In this document: positions 23,958 through 35,640 of the stretch, piece by piece | How positions within the stretch are numbered: the stretch's first letter is position 1 | Layout of the letters: each line of letters opens with the position of its first letter | Origin: Malacoraja senta | Lineage: Eukaryota | Direction of reading: 5' to 3' | DNA length: 64,000 nucleotides | Assembly (NCBI GenBank): GCA_038087875.1 | Contig: CM075985.1 | Span: forward strand, 25,358,001-25,422,000 | Translations under genes and position numbers: made by a program | Notes under the pieces: model-generated | The model's database searches: none | What the model was told of the DNA's origin: nothing | What the model saw: the letters and a program-made list of their open reading frames with translations, nothing else

Positions 23958-25224
23958 CTCTTAAACCATCGTAGCCAAGATAAGCAACTTTTAACATGAA
24001 TTGGCAATCATTGATGAGTTATCACATTTCCCAAAAATGCTGCACTGCGTGCATTATTTTCCTCTCATGAGACTGATGTGTAGAACAAAATCTTTGTTAC
24101 ACTGATTGTACATTCATGCTGTCATGTTTTTTTTTATTAACTACATCTGATTGTTTCTAAAAGGAACATATTTATGTCTATTGAAGAATGATAGGCACAA
24201 GCTTTGTTCCATAACGTTGATATTCTGCAATGTCTCCACATCCTACGTTACCAATAGTTATGGATTCCATTACTAGTCTTTTTCTTACAAAGAGCAGCCC
24301 GTCAAAATTAATCTTCATACCTTCTGATTTAAATTGGGAAAAGTGTTGATGGTCTTTGCTCTGGTATTTGCTCTTTCCGATAGTAAGGACGGGATTTAAT
24401 TTGGATCAGAAAGCTCATTCTCACTGCATGATTGCTGAAGATTTTCACTACCTTCTTTTGAGAAAAATTAGGAACAAATGCTTTTGCAATGAAGTTGGTG
24501 AAGTGAACACATGAATGCACTTAAAACATAGAAGATTGTGCTGCAGAGACATTGGCACGGCAGAATGCTTTCATTCCTATGAGCTCTTTTTGATTACTAT
24601 CATTGATTATTATCTTCCCTGTGCATCTAGAGACCATGGACTCTTATCTGCTTATTATGAGTTTAATTTGCTAACATCCAGTTTGCTGATAGAATATTCC
24701 CCAGCAGAGTTACTGACAGTATCTTGAAAATGTTTGGATGTTGTGATTCACATACATGTTTATTATTGTTTGTCTATGTGGAATTAGTCATTATAAACTG
24801 TTTTGGAAAATGAATCCTTTTACTTTTGCCCAGTTTTAAGAATGCATTATTGTGCTTGATGAGCAAAAGGAAAGTATTTATCTGGCAAGGAACTACTGTG
24901 AAAAAATAGCAGTATATCAAAATGTCAAAAGGTGCCCTGTCCCTCAAGCTGTGCACTATTTGGTGATTGAAGTAATGCTTTTCCTTCTGACTCTATCAAA
25001 GACAATGTGGCATCAGTCTCCAACTCTACATTTCTTACATTTTTGAAAATTTGCACCAGAAATTGGCATAAATGTTTTTAGCAAAATTGTGAAAATCTTT
25101 TACAAATATTTACAGTATGTACGTTCACAAAGTAAGTTAATATGGTAGAAGATCTGGAACATATTGGAAATGTTCATTTATATCTTAGAAATATGCAGTT
25201 TTTACTGAAATAAATTTGATTCAC

Positions 25225-25269
25225 CTGTTGTGGTACTGGTGGTGGACTCAGTGGTTGTAGTTGTTTTTT
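25225..25269 (-). CDS. MUC19: PTS micro-exon, divergent (EKTTTTTESTTSTTT)
   Basis: 45 nt, strong ttctgttttcttgcag acceptor, gtgaat donor, phase 1-1. Confidence 0.85.
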
Positions 25270-25415
25270 CTGCAAGAAAACAGAAGTGTTTATAATCACG
25301 ACATACATCTTGATATGCTTCAAGGAAGGTGCTTCAAGGGAAAAATGATAAAGGCCTTCACCAACTGAGTATTATAGCTTTGAGGATAAAGACTAAAGCA
25401 CATAATTATAATGAA

Positions 25416-26105
25416 GTGTGTAGGAAGAAACTGCAGATGCTGGTTTATACCAAAGATGGACACAAGATGCTGGAGTAACTCCGGGTCAGGCAGCGTCTTT
25501 GATGAATTATCAGATCGGAACCCTTCTTCAGACTGAATGCAGAGATGAGGATGAGTGGGGGGGGGGGGGGGGTAGGTGTTGGGGGGGGGGGGGGTAGGTG
25601 TTGGGGGGAGTAGGGAGGGAGAAATTGCCAGAAATAAATCAGGGCCAACAACAGATGACCTCAGGAAGGGTGGAGCCCATAATGACTCATTGTTAGGTGG
25701 AGAGTGAGGCAACATACAAATTCGAGGAACAGCAACTCATATTCCGCTTGGACAGCTTACAACCCAGCAGTATGAATATTGATTTCGTTAATTTCAAGTA
25801 ACTCCTCCATTCCCTCCCCCACCTTAATCATCCTACCAGTTCCACTGTTTGTTTCTTTGCATCCATTTTTTTATCACCCCTTCTCCAACCAACAATGGGG
25901 CATTATGGGTTCCACCCTTCCTGAGGTCATCTGTTGCCGGCCCTGACTTTCTGTCCTTTTCTCGCCTGCAGTTCCTCCCCCCCCCACCCATTCCCCCTCC
26001 CCCACCTCAAATTGCAGTCTGAAGAAGGATTCCAATCCGAAACGTCACCAATTATTTTTCTCCCGAGATATTACTTGACTTGCTGAGCCTCCAGCATTTT
26101 GTGAC
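25416..26105 (+). mobile_element. Penelope-like element 3' fragment with inverted terminal copy
   Basis: 25706-25801 encodes EATYKFEEQQLIFRLDSLQPSSMNIDFVNFK*, like the GIY-YIG C-terminus; 25637-25694 is the inverted copy of 25891-25949; ctgaaga...cgaaacgtc motif at 26019. Confidence 0.85.
26016..26050 (+). ncRNA. Minimal type I hammerhead ribozyme motif, PLE-derived
   Basis: GU CUGAAGA A GGAU UCCA AUCC GAA ACGU C AC; core intact, stem I only 2 bp. Confidence 0.5.
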
Positions 26106-27119
26106 TAAAATGAAGAGCTTTAGTTCTTTCTCATCTGAATTCCATAGCTTAATATTGAAATGTCACCCAAAAGCATTCCCCGTGTATTAAGGTACTTATT
26201 GAACCTCATCATCCTTTCAGTAAATGCCATGATGACGTTGAACAGAATGTCACAATTTTCATTTCAATTTCTTCATTATCTTTGCAACGATAAGAAAGAC
26301 ATTTTAAGGTCATTCATTTACGAAACTGTATTTTTCTGTATGCATCTTGGAACATTCTGTATTCATTAATCTCGCCAAAGAAGCACAAAACCCCCTTCCA
26401 TAATTCATAAGCTGTTTCCGTATTCTCACCTTAAAAGATATGAATTGATTAGAGCAATACGGTGAACATTATGAATCCAATTTTACTTTGTGATATTAAA
26501 ATATAAATCATGGTTGTTGAAGAAAGGAGTCATGTAGCTTCGAAGTAGAGAGCATAATGATGTTCTCAACCTCATGCTAACATTCATGTAAATACTTAAT
26601 TCCTTACTCAGTTCAAAAGGAGGATTGAATATCATTGTGCCCGTTGTTGCTTTTGTCATCATTGTTTAAATTGAAAGAAAACAAAATTATTTTTATTTGG
26701 AACTCTCAATTTGAATTTCTGCCACATCCAGTATTTCAATAGGAATCAATAATTATTGAAGAGATAATGCAAAATTCATAAAAATATTACACTACTTGCC
26801 TGCAGAAAAAGTGTCTACACCATTCAATATTTGCATCTAAAGCATAAAATCATGTGAGAATGTATCAACCTTTATGTATCTTGAAACATTATCTTTGGTA
26901 ACCTGGCCATGATCTATAGCTCTAAGAAACGTAGCAAGAGTCTGCCAGGCAGAGGGAAGAGTCGTTCTAAAAAGGCACTGATGCTGTAAATTAAAATCCT
27001 TGTCTATTAAAATGTGCCATGCACAATGTTTCATTTTGAAATTATTTTGAGCAATCAAAACCAAAGGCCTCTCCTTAATTTAGAAGCTGTACTCATATAT
27101 TCGCTGTGAGAAACTGTAA

Positions 27120-27292
27120 AGGGCCTGTCCCACTTACGCGATTTTTTCGGCGACTTGCCGGCACCCGCCATAGTCGCAGCAGGTCGCCGAAAATTTTCAA
27201 AATGTTGAAAATCCAGCGGCGACCAGAAAAAGGTACAACTCTTTGGGCGACTACTCACAACCATACAGGCGTCACCCCACGACATGTCGTCT
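27120..27292. mobile_element. Truncated PIF/Harbinger-like MITE, left end only
   Basis: taa followed by agggcctgtcccactt, the same TIR as the complete copy at 48638. Confidence 0.75.
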
Positions 27293-27339
27293 AATTGTCT
27301 TCAGATTTGCCAATGTTTATTGAAAGTGGTTTGACTCAC

Positions 27340-27402
27340 CTGTTGTGGAACTCGTGGTGGACTCAGTTGCGCCAGTTGTCGAAGATGTTGTTGGTGTTGT
27401 TC
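27340..27402 (-). CDS. MUC19: PTS micro-exon, F type (GTTPTTSSTTGATESTTSSTT)
   Basis: 63 nt, cag/gtgagt, phase 1-1. Confidence 0.87.
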
Positions 27403-27904
27403 CTGGAGAGAGAGTACAAACATGTTATAATTGCAAGAGTCAGCAATCAATTTCAGTACGATTCTGCACATATTCCAGAGACTGGGTTGAATTTTATCAA
27501 GGTTCATTGCTCGTTGCTAAGTAAAGGTCATTTAGAAATTAACCAAAATTTGCTTTATCATTTATCAAATGGACCGAAACTATGAAAACATTGATTTTTC
27601 CAACAAAGTTCAAAATTCCTTCGTTGATCCATTTTGTAAACATCATTGAGCAGAAACAAAACAGTTTAATAACGTTGCCATGACCAAAAACTCCCGGAAT
27701 AGTTTAAGAAGCGAAGGGAAGAGACTTTTTCTATAAAAGTGAAAATCCTTATCCATGTCTACTGAAAGGTGCCAGACTCAATGCTCATTTTAAAATTATT
27801 GCAGGCAATCAGAACCAAAAGGCCTCCTTAATTCTGCAGCTGTTTCTATATTTTTGTGGTGAGAAATGACATTTTTGTAACAAAGCAATGAACAAATGTT
27901 CCTG

Positions 27905-28217
27905 GGGGAGTCCAGAACCTGGGGCCACAGTTTAAGAATAAGGAGTAAGCCATTTTGAACGGAGTCGAGGAAACACTTTTTCTCACAGAGAGTGGTGATT
28001 CTGTGGAATTCTCTGCTTCAGAGGGCGGTGGAGGCAGGTTCTCTGGATGCTTTCAAGAGCTAGATAGGGCTCTTAAAAATAGCGGAGTCAGGGGATATGG
28101 GGAGAAGGCAGGAACGGGGTACTGATTGGGGATGATCTGCCATGATCATATTGAATGGCGGTGCTCGCTCGAAGGGCCAAATGGCCTGCTCCTGCACCTA
28201 TTGTCTATTGTCTATTG
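27905..28217 (+). mobile_element. CR1-type LINE 3' fragment
   Basis: GESRTWGHSLRI...FFSQRVVILWNSL ORF2 tail, (tattgtc)n 3' end; interrupts ttcctg|aagaggg, which is empty in paralogous introns. Confidence 0.9.
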
Positions 28218-28303
28218 AAGAGGGTGGTATATGGAGCTTCACAAAACAAAGTACAGAGGTCCGAAAGGAAAAGCTAACAAGATTGATAGATGATGTTACT
28301 AAC

Positions 28304-28345
28304 CTGATGTAGTGCTGGTGGTGGTCTCAGTTGATGGTGTCGTTT
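28304..28345 (-). CDS. MUC19: PTS micro-exon, A type (ETTPSTETTTSTTS)
   Basis: 42 nt, tag/gttagt, phase 1-1. Confidence 0.85.
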
Positions 28346-28830
28346 CTAGTGAAAGAAAAGAATGGTGTATTCAAGTGGGGCAGCCAAGAGGAATTGGTAC
28401 GCAGTTATAAAGCCATCAACAGGAATTCATGAGCTGGCACATTGTATGAAAACGTTTTACTAGTTGTCATTTTCTTCATCATTGAATAAAGCATGCGGCC
28501 ATACTATACCACTGCATTTCTATCTATACGGCTGCATTACTTTTTCCTTGTCAATCAGCAGCTGAATATTTCAGTGCCATCACAAACAATTTAAATTTCT
28601 TAATGTACCAATTTCAGATTTTGTGGAAGCTCAGCAAGTATTCCAAGAACTACTGATCAGAAATTTAGAACATAAGGAGCGGTAAAGTGCCACAGCTGGT
28701 GCAACTCCTACCTCACAGCACCAGAGAATTCAGATTGATTTGTTCCATGGGTGTTGTGTGCATGGAGATTACATGTACTCCCTGTTATGTGTGACTTTCC
28801 TACAAGAGTCTGAAATATATTGTCACTAAC

Positions 28831-28881
28831 CTGATGTAGTACTGGTAGTGGTCTCAGTTGTTGAAGTAGTTGTTGGTGTTT
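28831..28881 (-). CDS. MUC19: PTS micro-exon, B/E type (ETPTTTSTTETTTSTTS)
   Basis: 51 nt, tag/gttagt, phase 1-1. Confidence 0.85.
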
Positions 28882-29557
28882 CTAGTGAAAGAAAAGAATG
28901 CAATATTCAACCAAGACAGCCAAGAGAAATTGATATACAGCTAACTATTGGTAGTTAGGAAACTATCAGCAGGAATTCATATGCTGGCACACTTTATTAA
29001 AATGTTTAACAGATGTCATTTTTATTCTTCATTGAATAAAATGGCTGGGGAAAATATACTTTTGTTCAATCAGCAGCTGAATATTTCTGTGCCATCACAA
29101 ATATTCCTGTTCTCTCTATACACCAGTTGCGGATTTCCTGGAAGATCAACCGTTTTCCAAAGACGGCAAGGTCTACTTAATACCATATTTTCTAATAGTA
29201 TGGAATGTGTATGGGTAAGCATGTCTGTTCATATGTTCCATTGATACATGATCCTCAACTTGCGTAAAATGTGTTCATTATAATCATGGTTTTGCTTTTT
29301 GCTACGGAATGTCCGAAAAAAATGAGAAGCAGAAAACACCAACTCAGTTCCTCCACAATTCTGAAATTTTTTGAAATTGTGTCAAAATCTGGTATAATTG
29401 TTATGAGCAAAACACTGACATCTTAACATGTATATTTGCACAATTTATGACAATAATGTAAGCAAAGATGCAAGAAGTAAGTCACAGAGCTGATGTTAGA
29501 AATGTTGTCTCATTGTCTTCAGATTTGCCAATGTTTATTGAAAGTGGTTTGACTCAC

Positions 29558-29620
29558 CTGTTGTGGAACTGGTGGTGGACTCAGTTGTGCCAGTGGTTGA
29601 AGTTGTTGTTGGTGTTGTTC
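29558..29620 (-). CDS. MUC19: PTS micro-exon, F type (GTTPTTTSTTGTTESTTSSTT)
   Basis: 63 nt, cag/gtgagt, phase 1-1. Confidence 0.87.
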
Positions 29621-30209
29621 CTGGAAAGCAAATTTACAAATTGAATTGCAAGATTCAGCAATCAAATTCAGTACGACTCAGCACATTTTGCTTAGATTGT
29701 GCTGAATTTTATCAATGTTCATTGCTCATGCCTAAGCAACAGATATTTAGAAATTAACCAAATTTTGCTTCATGATTTATCAAATGGACCGACATTAAGA
29801 AAATACATTGTGATTTATTGATGTAAGGTCTAAACTCCTTCGTTGATCCATTTTGGAAACATCATTGAGCAGAAACAAAACAGTTTAATAACATTGCTAT
29901 GACCAAAAACTCCCGGAATAGTGGAAGAGGCGAAAGGAAGAGACTTTTTCAATAAAAGTGAAAATCCTTATCCATGTCTTCTGAAAGGTGCCAGACTCAA
30001 TGCTCTTTTTCAAATTATTACAGGCAATCAGAACTAAAAGGCCTCCTTAATTCGACAGCTGTTTCTATATTTACGTGGTGAGAAACTACATTTTTGGAAC
30101 AAAACAATGAACAAATGTTGCTGAAAAGGGTGCTATATCGAGCTTCACTAAACAAACCACATAGGTTCGAAAGGAAAATCTAACACGATTGATAGATGAT
30201 GTTACTAAC

Positions 30210-30242
30210 CTGATGTGGTGGTCTCAGTTGTTGGTGTTGTTT
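30210..30242 (-). CDS. MUC19: PTS micro-exon, A type with in-frame 9 nt deletion (ETTPTTETTTS)
   Basis: 33 nt, tag/gttagt, phase 1-1. Confidence 0.82.
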
Positions 30243-30707
30243 CTAGTGAAAGAAAACAATGCTGTATTCAACTGGGACAGCCAAGAGGAATTGGTACACA
30301 GTTATAAAGCCATCAACAGGAATTCATGAGCTGGCACCTTTTATTAAAATGTTTTAATAGTTGTCATTTTATTCGTCATTGAATAAAGCATGCGGCCATT
30401 CTGTACCGCTGTGTTTCCTTTTCCTTGTCAATCAGCAGCTAAATATTTCAATGCCATCACAAATAATTTTACTTTCTTAATGTACCAACTGCAGATTTTG
30501 TGGAAGCTCAGCATGTATTCTAAGAACTACTGATCAGAAATTTTGAATATAAGGAGCGGTAAAGTGCCACAGCAGGTAGAGCTCCTACCTCACAGCACCA
30601 GAGACTTCAGATCGATTTGTATCTTGGGAGTTGTGTGCATGGAGATTACATGTACTCCCTGTTATGTGTGACTTTCCTACAAGTGTCTGAAATATATTGT
30701 CACTAAC

Positions 30708-30758
30708 CTGATGTAGTACTGGTAGTGGTCTCAGTTGTTGATGTAGTTGTTGGTGTTT
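30708..30758 (-). CDS. MUC19: PTS micro-exon, B/E type (ETPTTTSTTETTTSTTS)
   Basis: 51 nt, tag/gttagt, phase 1-1. Confidence 0.85.
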
Positions 30759-31312
30759 CTAGTGAAAGAAAATAATGCAATATTCAACCAAGATAGCCAA
30801 GAGGAATTGGTATACAGCTAACTATTGGTACTCAGGAAACAATCAGCAGGAATTCATATGTTGGCACACTTTATTAAAAAGTTTAACAGGTGGAATTTTT
30901 ATTCATCGTAGAATAAAATGTCAGGGCAAAATATACTTTCGATGAATCAGCAGCTGAATATTTCAGTGCCATCACAAATAATCCTGCTCTCTCTCGACAC
31001 CAGTTGCGGATTTCATGGAAGATCAACCGCCATCCAAAGACCGCAAGGTCTACTTTATACCATAATTTCTAATAGTATGGAATGTGTGTACAATGGGTAA
31101 AATGTCTGTTTGTACTGCAGAGTCCCATTGATACATGATCCTCAATTTGTGTAAAATGTGTTCACTATAATCATGGTTTTGCTTTTTACTACGGAATGTC
31201 CGAAGAAAATAAGAAACAGAAAACACCAACTCTGTTCCTCCACAATTGAATTTAACAGATCTCAGACATTATCAAGGAAAAGCAAACATGATTGATATAT
31301 GTTGTTACTAAC

Positions 31313-31351
31313 CTGATGTAGTGCTGGTGGTGGTCTCAGTTGTTGTTGTTT
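31313..31351 (-). CDS. MUC19: PTS micro-exon, A-like (ETTTTETTTSTTS)
   Basis: 39 nt, tag/gttagt, phase 1-1. Confidence 0.85.
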
Positions 31352-32233
31352 CTAGTGAAAGAAAAGAATGCTATATTCAACCAAGACAGCCAAGAATAAT
31401 TGGTATGCAGTGGGAATACCATCAATAGAAATTCACGATCTGGAACATTTTATTGAAATGTTTGACAGGTGACATTTTCTTATTCGTAGGATTAAGTGGT
31501 AGGGCATACTATATTGTAACATATCTTTCTCTCAATCATCAGCTGAATATTTCATGACCATTACAAATAATGTGACTCTCTTAACACACCAATTGCGGAA
31601 TTCATGGAAGATCAACCTTCTTCCTAAGACTGAATGTTCTACATAATATCATCACTAATAGTATGGGATGCACCTGCAAACAATCAGTTTCATATGTCGA
31701 AACGTGCCATGATAGCCAGTCTGTATTTCTTTCTCTTTGTCAATCAGCAGCTGAATGTTTTTGGGCGTTCACAAACAATCCCGCTCTCTTAACGAATAAT
31801 TGCGGATTTTAGGGAAGTTCAACTATGTCATCCACTGTATTGTCTAGTGTATGCCATTATTTCTCATAGATTGTGATGTATCTGTAAACAATGAGTTTTT
31901 GTGTTCATATGCTCAAACTTTGCCATTATCCTCTTCCTGCGAGAAACTTGCTAATTGTATTCCTGTATTTGCTTGTTCCTGCGGAATATCCGAGGAAAAT
32001 AAGAAGTAGAAGACACCAATTCAGTTCCTCTATATTTATATAGCTTTTTGTAGATTGGGTCAAAACCTGGTATAATTGTTAAGAGCCAAACATTGTCATC
32101 TTAACATGTATATTTGCACAATTTATGGTAATAATGTAAGCAAAGATGCAAGAAGTAAGTCACAGAGCTCATGTTAGAAATGTTGTCTCATTGTCTTCAG
32201 ATTTGCCAGTTTATTGAAAGTGGTTTGGCTCAC

Positions 32234-32296
32234 CTGTTGTGGAACTGGAGGTGGACTCAGTTGTGCCAGTTGTTGTAGATGTTGTTGGTGTTGTTC
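32234..32296 (-). CDS. MUC19: PTS micro-exon, F type (GTTPTTSTTTGTTESTSSSTT)
   Basis: 63 nt, cag/gtgagc, phase 1-1. Confidence 0.85.
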
Positions 32297-32486
32297 CTGG
32301 AGAGAGAATACAAATGTGTTTACAACTTCAATTGCAAAAGTCGGCAATCAGTTCCAATACAACTCAACTTCATCAGTGATAAAGAAAACACTGTTTAGTA
32401 ATGTCCATTGTAATAGTAATTGTTGAGTCCATCAGATGATGAATATCTGTGTATCTTATGAGATTCCATATTAATATCTATCAATT

Positions 32487-32566
32487 TGACCAAAATATTA
32501 CCAAAATGAACAAAATGTGACCAAAATAAACAAAATAAACAAAATATGACCAGTATAAACAAAATG
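32487..32566. repeat. Degenerate tandem repeat (accaaaat / aacaaaat)
   Basis: Direct reading of the sequence. Confidence 0.7.
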
Positions 32567-32994
32567 TTGTTTGTCGAAGAAATTTATAAGCTCTGCCTGA
32601 TTTTGGAATCATCATTGTGCAGAAGAAACTGAAGTGCTATACTTTGCAAGTCATCACACCGTTACTAACTGGTCATATACACTATGTCTTGGAACATATG
32701 GAATAAGAGTCTGCCGTGTGAAGAGAAGAGTCTTTTCCTAAAAAGGCACGACTGCTGAAAATTCTTATTTGTATCTATTGAAAGGTTGCTTAATGCTCCT
32801 TTCAAACTTATTGCATGCAAACAGCACCAAAAAGCCTCCTTAATTCAGAAGCTGTTCCCATATTTTCACAGTGGGAAACTACCCATGTATAAATAATTGG
32901 AGCACAACAAAGAACAAGTGTTCTTGAAGAGGGAAAAGTTTAATTGAACAGATCTCAGACGTACTCAAAGAAAAGCAAACCTGATGTTACTAAC

Positions 32995-33045
32995 CTGATG
33001 TAGTGACGGTGGTGGTCTCAGTTGTTGGTGTTGGTGGTGTTGTTT
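32995..33045 (-). CDS. MUC19: PTS micro-exon (ETTPPTPTTETTTVTTS)
   Basis: 51 nt, tag/gttagt, phase 1-1. Confidence 0.85.
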
Positions 33046-33754
33046 CTAGAGAAAGAAAATAATGTTATATTTAATCAATGAGGCCAAGATGAAGTGGTTC
33101 ATGGTTGTGAAATATTCAACAGGAATTCATAAACGGGCGAATTTTAATAAAACGTTTTACGAGGTGACATTTTCATCATAGTTTAGTAAAGTTGGAAGGC
33201 ATACTATACAGCTGTATGTCTTTCTCTTTGTCAATCAGCTGGTGAATGTTTCATTGTGTTCACAAACAAACCCATTCTCTTAATATACCAATTGTGGATT
33301 TCATGGAAGCTCAACCATGTCTTCCATGATTGTATTGTTCTGTATTGTCCAGTGTATGCCATTATTTCTCATAGTGTGTAATGCATCAGTAAACAATGAG
33401 TATTTGTGTCCAAACGTGTTATGATCGTCAACCTGTGCAAAATGTGTTCATTGTACTCCTGCATGCGCTTGTTCCTGCGGAATGTCTGAGGAAAATGAGA
33501 AGTAGAAGATACTAACTCAGTTCCTCATTATATTTTTATGCCCATCTGTATTGATATTTATCAAATGGGTCGAAGTGTGATGTGAAAGGTGCAGGAAAGG
33601 TACTGCTGCTGAAAATTCTTATCCATGTTGCCATTGTTTATATTGAAACAAAATCAATTATTTTATTTTGCTGCTCTGAATTTAAATTGCTGCAGTATCT
33701 AGTGCTCCAATAATTATTGGAGAAATTATGCAAAATTATTCAAAATGTTACACT

Positions 33755-34548
33755 GTGAGGCACCATCAGCGATGGCAGCCTCGTCAACAGTCTGTCTGTC
33801 TATTTGTCTTTTTTGTTATTTTTATTGTTTTAAAATTAGGTGTTAATGTTCTCTGGTTTGTTTAATGTGGGAAGTGGGGAAGGGAGTTGGGGAAAACTTT
33901 TTTCAATCCCTTACCTTGCCGGAGATGCAATGTTTTTCCTGATCGTATCTCCGGTCGCTTTGCGGCCTAACATCATGGAGCTGGTGACCTAACATCATGG
34001 AGCTGGCGGCCTTGCTCGAGTCTGACTTTGAGCCTCACTGCAGGGCCATGCACTTGCCATCGGAGCTTGCGATCCCTTGCCTGGGATCGATGCTCCAACC
34101 ACAGCCTGCAGATTTCAACATCGATGAGCTCGCAGTCTCGGGTAGAGACTGATGTCGGGTAGCTCCAAAGTTGCAAGAGTTTCGACCAGCCCCAACCCAA
34201 GGTCAGATCGCCCGGCGCGAGGGAGCTGGGATTCCCCGATGCAGGAGCTTGATCTCCCCGACGCTGAGGGCTCAACCGTCAGCTGCAGGAGCCAAGATTG
34301 CCTCGACAATGGAAGGTTCAATGCCCCTGACCATGGGAGGACAAAGAAGGGAAGAAGATTGAACTTTTTCTGCCTTCCATCACAGTGAGGAATGTGAGGG
34401 AGTCGCTGTGGTGGATATTAATGCTCAAAATTTATTTGGGTGTCTTGTTGCTTTTTGTTGGTACGACTATAGCAAATCAAATTTGTCGTATGTTGCAAAA
34501 CATACTTGGCTAATAAAGTACTATTTTGATTTTGATTATGATTATCAT
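33755..34548 (+). mobile_element. ~790 bp GC-rich non-autonomous retroelement-like insertion, family not identified
   Basis: AATAAA and (tgattt/tgatta)n tail; empty site visible in the paralogous intron near 26793. Confidence 0.7.
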
Positions 34549-35057
34549 ACATGCCTCCAGAAAAAAAAGTCTTGATCACTCATATTTGCAATCCTATGAA
34601 TAAAAATATGTAAGCATGAATCTAAGATCCTCAAAACACTCGGAATGATGCACCAGTTGCATCATTTTGTTGCACCCTATTAATCTATATATTTTATATT
34701 TTATGCTGATGGAAGTTACCATCAAATACATATAATTTGGTTATCAGGAGACTGAGAAGGTCAAAGCACTCAGAGCATTTCCCTTCCAGTCAAGAAATAG
34801 CAAGAGCGTCTTATTTGTCATATGGACCAGATAGGAACTGGTACAGTGAAATTCTTGCTTGCTGCAGCTATGCAGGCACCATAGATGTATCAACAGCAAA
34901 ATAAAATGTACAATAAATTACAAGTTATTCAAAGTAAACTACACCATGATAGTGCAATAATCAAATTATATAGAGCATTTGCAGTATAAACATTCACAAT
35001 ATGGTGAAAATATAAGGAAACTTGAGCGTCTTGAAATGTTTACAACCTTAGCAAAGT

Positions 35058-35297
35058 GTTCACCCAGACAGTTGTGAACCTGTGGAATTCTCCGCAACAG
35101 ATGGCAGTGGAGGCCAATTCACTGGATGTTTGCAAAAGAGAGTTAGATATAGCTCTTAACGCTAATGGAACAAGGGATATGGGGAGAAAGCAGATACGAG
35201 GGCTAGGTTTAGCAGCCATGATCATATTGAATGGTGGTGCTGGCTCGAAGAAGCGAATGGCCTCCTCTTGTACCTATTTTTTAGGTTTCTATATTTA
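35058..35297 (+). mobile_element. CR1-type LINE 3' fragment
   Basis: FTQTVVNLWNS.PQ.AVEA.SL motif and the same 3' UTR type as 27905-28217. Confidence 0.85.
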
Positions 35298-35344
35298 AAG
35301 TTAGAGATGCTTTTCTTAGTAATTCAACAGCTGAATATTTCAAA

Positions 35345-35640
35345 GCTTGTTTTCTCTGGAATGTCTGAGGTTGAGGAGAGATCTGATAAAAGTATATAAA
35401 ATTATAAGAGGCATAGATAGACAGTCCGAATCATTTCCTAGGATGGAAAAGTCAAATGCTAGAGCGCATACAAATATTATCTTAAGTTTAAAGGTGATGT
35501 GCAAGGCAAGTACACAGGGAGGTTAGTGCTTGGAATCTTCTGTTGGGGGTGATGGTGGAGGCAAGTACATGGATATACAGGGAATGGCGAGTTATGGATT
35601 ATGTGCAGGCAGATGAGTTGGTCTTGGCATCTTAAATGTC
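35345..35640 (+). mobile_element. Old CR1-type LINE 3' fragment
   Basis: gaggagagatctgataaaagtatataaaattataagaggcatagatag (RGDLIEVYKI-like). Confidence 0.7.

Larger units (their letters stand above)
22211..34620. repeat. Older diverged exon-intron modules related to the 3.7 kb unit
   Basis: Same intron blocks (ccatgaccaaaaactcccggaatag, caatcagcagctgaatattt, cagccaagaggaattgg) with many substitutions, deletions and TE insertions. Confidence 0.9.

Noticed and set aside
25320-25715. Pro-rich ORFs and a G-quadruplex candidate
   Set aside because: They arise from G homopolymers in the PLE inverted arm; homopolymer length is unreliable and there is no splice support.
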